A stretch of 64,000 nt of DNA. Origin: Bradymonadia bacterium (GTDB lineage Bacteria; Myxococcota_A; Bradymonadia; UBA7976; UBA1532). Numbering within the stretch: position 1 is the first letter of the stretch; the number at the start of each line of letters is the position of its first letter. The translations under genes were made by a program, and so were the position numbers. Below the pieces are notes generated by a model. That model made no database searches and was not told the origin of the DNA. It saw only the letters and a list, made by a program, of their open reading frames with translations. This document shows positions 61,755 through 64,000 of the stretch, one piece after another. Where the stretch lies: the NCBI GenBank assembly GCA_046290225.1, contig JBKAGE010000035.1, positions 192,001-256,000 of the forward strand. The letters are read 5' to 3'.

Positions 61755-62920
61755 GAACGGCGCTCCGCGACGAGGGTGCTGTAGAACTCGAAAAGCTCGG
61801 CGAAATGGTCGGCCATGGTGCCGATGCGCTCGGCGGCCATGGTGGCGGCTCCGGCCTTGAGGGCCACGGGATCACGATCGAGCATGCGCAGCAAGGCCTT
61901 CGCGGCCTCTCCGGCATCCCCCGTGGGGTAGACCTCGGCATGATCAGGCCCCGCGAGATCAGCAGCCCCGCCGATGTCGGGGACCACGATGGGCAGACCC
62001 GAGCACAAGGCCTCGGCCACCACCAGCCCGTAGGTCTCTGCCGCTGATCCGTGGAACATGGCGTCGGCACTCGCCAACGCCTGGGCCAGCTCGTGACGAT
62101 CTTTGGTGAAGCCCGCCACGTAGATCCCAGGGACCTTCGCGGCGAGCCTTCTGATCTGTTTACGCATGGGGCCGTCACCATAAATCACCCACCCCATGGG
62201 TCGCACCTTGCTCGCCTGCTCGAAAGCCTTGATCAAGGTGCCCAGGCGCTTCTCGGGGTGAAACCGGCTGATGGTGACGACGAGCGAGGCATCTGAAGGC
62301 ACACCACACTCGGCGAGCAATCGCGCTCTCAGCTCGGCGCTGGCGTGATCGGGAGAGAAGCGCTGCTTGTCGATGCCGAAGGGCACCGCCTGAGGCCGGT
62401 TGATGCCGAACCGCCCGAGCTTTCGGGCGAGCCAGTGACCGCTCACCACCGTGGAGTCGAAGCGCGTGCTCAACGTGCGCAGGTAGCCCCAGTACCAACC
62501 GAAGAGTCGATCGACGCGATCTGTGCCCACCCGGTTGCCGAGGAAGGTCTGTGGATACACCGCCACCGGATCCTGGTGAAAGATGAAGGTCTTCACCGCA
62601 GGGCCCTTCCACCGGGCGGCGAACCAGCCGCCGGTCCAGGGCGACGACCCCTCGACGACGTCGGGACGCTCGGCGTCGAGCACGCGATGTACGGCGCGCT
62701 CGTTCCACAACACGGTGTAGCGTGGGTCGAAGGGCATGGGTGGGCCCTTCACCCAGATCACTCTGCCGCCGTTGCGCTCTTCTTCACCGGGCTCGGTCCC
62801 TGGCGCCACCACCACGATCTCATGGCCCGCTTCGGCGCCGGCCTTGAGCTTCTGGTTGATGTAGGTCTTCACCCCGCCGCCTTCGTCGGCGTAGAACTCG
62901 GCGACGTCTACGATCTTCAC
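61751..62920 (-). CDS. GT4-family glycosyltransferase
   Basis: GGGVKTY, SRFHPEKR, ETYGLVVAEALCSGLP. Confidence 0.88.
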   Translation of the reverse strand: MKIVDVAEFYADEGGGVKTYINQKLKAGAEAGHEIVVVAPGTEPGEEERNGGRVIWVKGPPMPFDPRYTVLWNERAVHRVLDAERPDVVEGSSPWTGGWFAARWKGPAVKTFIFHQDPVAVYPQTFLGNRVGTDRVDRLFGWYWGYLRTLSTRFDSTVVSGHWLARKLGRFGINRPQAVPFGIDKQRFSPDHASAELRARLLAECGVPSDASLVVTISRFHPEKRLGTLIKAFEQASKVRPMGWVIYGDGPMRKQIRRLAAKVPGIYVAGFTKDRHELAQALASADAMFHGSAAETYGLVVAEALCSGLPIVVPDIGGAADLAGPDHAEVYPTGDAGEAAKALLRMLDRDPVALKAGAATMAAERIGTMADHFAELFEFYSTLVAERRS

Positions 62921-63165
62921 AAAGTGCCTCTCACAGTGTGTCCTTCAAGGCGGCTCGGGTGCCGGGCATCCGAGCGGGCCGTAGACGACCCATGCGCACA
63001 GATCTTCTCTAGTCTTCAACGTCGCATTGGTGCCCGACCGCGGCAGGGGCTGCAAGGGGGTTGCCGGGAAGTTGTCGGCTGTGGTGCGTCATTCGACCCG
63101 TGATTTGAATCGATCGCCCAGGCTCTACGTGTAAGGGCCCACCCCCTCTCACTCGAGGTGACACA

Positions 63166-64000
63166 TTGGGCCGACTCTCAACATTGTTTCTGCCTCTGAC
63201 GGCTTTGATGCTGCTCGCCGCCCAGGCCCACGGTCGCGACTGCAGCCCGCTGCTCGAACAAAACCTGCGCTATGCCCAGGATCCAGTGTTCAACCTGTAC
63301 GACCTCCAGCGTCTGGAGCGGTACACCGACACCATCACCGAGCATGCCGACCGTGTCTTCATCGAACCTGATCAAGCCGTGCGGGTCACCACCTCACTGA
63401 CGCTGGGCACGCATCTCATGCTGGGTTTTCGGAAGTGCACTCAGGGTGCGGAGATCGACGGTGACGTGGGCGCGGCGCAGAGCGGCGCCGGCGGGCTGAT
63501 CGCCGTGGACTATGCCCCCCTCGATCTGGGCCTGACGATCTTCACCACGGGACGCCTCGTAGGCGGACGCTTCGACGATCTCGTGACAGAAATCGAGCCC
63601 AAACAGGGGGCCTACCCCTACTTTCTCGCTCAGGGACTCCTCGGCGGCCGGGTGCAAATCACCCGCTGGCTCGAGGTGGGTTACGCCGAGACGGGCGCCT
63701 CCTCGACACAAGGTGATCCGGATCACCCTCTGCGGGACGAGGTGGCCCTCATCGAGACCCCCACAGACCGCTACTACAGCCTCGGTGTGCCTGCCCTGGG
63801 GCTGCGGCTGTGGTTCACCGAAGATAACATCGTCGACGTGCGCGCCTTCGAGCTCACCGACCTGCAACTCACCGAGACCCTCGAGGCTGATCTGCAGGTG
63901 CGCCGACTGCTCGTGGAAGATCGCGTCGTGGTGACCCCGAAGCTGCTGTGGTGGCTCAATGACCGGGAGACGATGCGCTACGCCGCTGGCGTAGAGATGG
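63166..64000 (+). CDS. 3'-truncated secreted hypothetical protein (not in the ORF track)
   Basis: GAGGTG SD then TTG at 63166. MGRLSTLFLPLTALMLLAAQAHG signal peptide. The frame stays open to the window end. Confidence 0.65.
   Translation, partial: MGRLSTLFLPLTALMLLAAQAHGRDCSPLLEQNLRYAQDPVFNLYDLQRLERYTDTITEHADRVFIEPDQAVRVTTSLTLGTHLMLGFRKCTQGAEIDGDVGAAQSGAGGLIAVDYAPLDLGLTIFTTGRLVGGRFDDLVTEIEPKQGAYPYFLAQGLLGGRVQITRWLEVGYAETGASSTQGDPDHPLRDEVALIETPTDRYYSLGVPALGLRLWFTEDNIVDVRAFELTDLQLTETLEADLQVRRLLVEDRVVVTPKLLWWLNDRETMRYAAGVEM

Noticed and set aside
59346..61784. 812-aa plus-strand ORF, and similar long antisense ORFs such as 3422-4735, 37428-38654 and 39716-41032
   Set aside because: These are shadow frames opposite well-supported genes, as expected from high-GC codon bias, and carry no motifs.

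Overview
High-GC bacterial chromosomal window. The gene content suggests Myxococcota or a related deltaproteobacterium (inferred from several sigma-54 activators, a type IVa pilin, a myxosortase-like CPBP protease and Cys-rich lipoproteins). In order it holds: a tandem array of three secreted fibrinogen-like/TSP3/left-handed beta-helix proteins; a soluble FtsH-like operon resembling FtsH ternary conflict systems; an Fpg/Nei glycosylase; an orphan N6-adenine MTase; two-component and sigma-54 regulators; a ClC channel; pilA with a sigma-54 promoter and twin palindromic enhancers; a radical SAM/SPASM gene coupled to an unannotated 73-aa NPNSSS-motif peptide; seven tRNAs; tig-clpP-clpX-lon; GTAG-type REP-like repeats; a 500-nt nested inverted-repeat element; and a GT4-MMPL-GT32-lipoprotein operon. 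The most striking locus is 47913-50413. There a sigma-54 promoter precedes three Y-RNA-like RNAs that share a bulged-C GCAGTGAG...TACTTC module, then a 289-bp MITE and a Ro60/TROVE (rsr) gene, with arfB close by. Two of these RNAs are not circularly permuted like YrlA. They have ordinary tRNA topology with an open acceptor stem and the putative Ro-binding module inserted inside. One is a complete tRNA-Gly(TCC) cloverleaf plus a 62-nt insert. All calls come from reading motifs by eye; no database searches were run.
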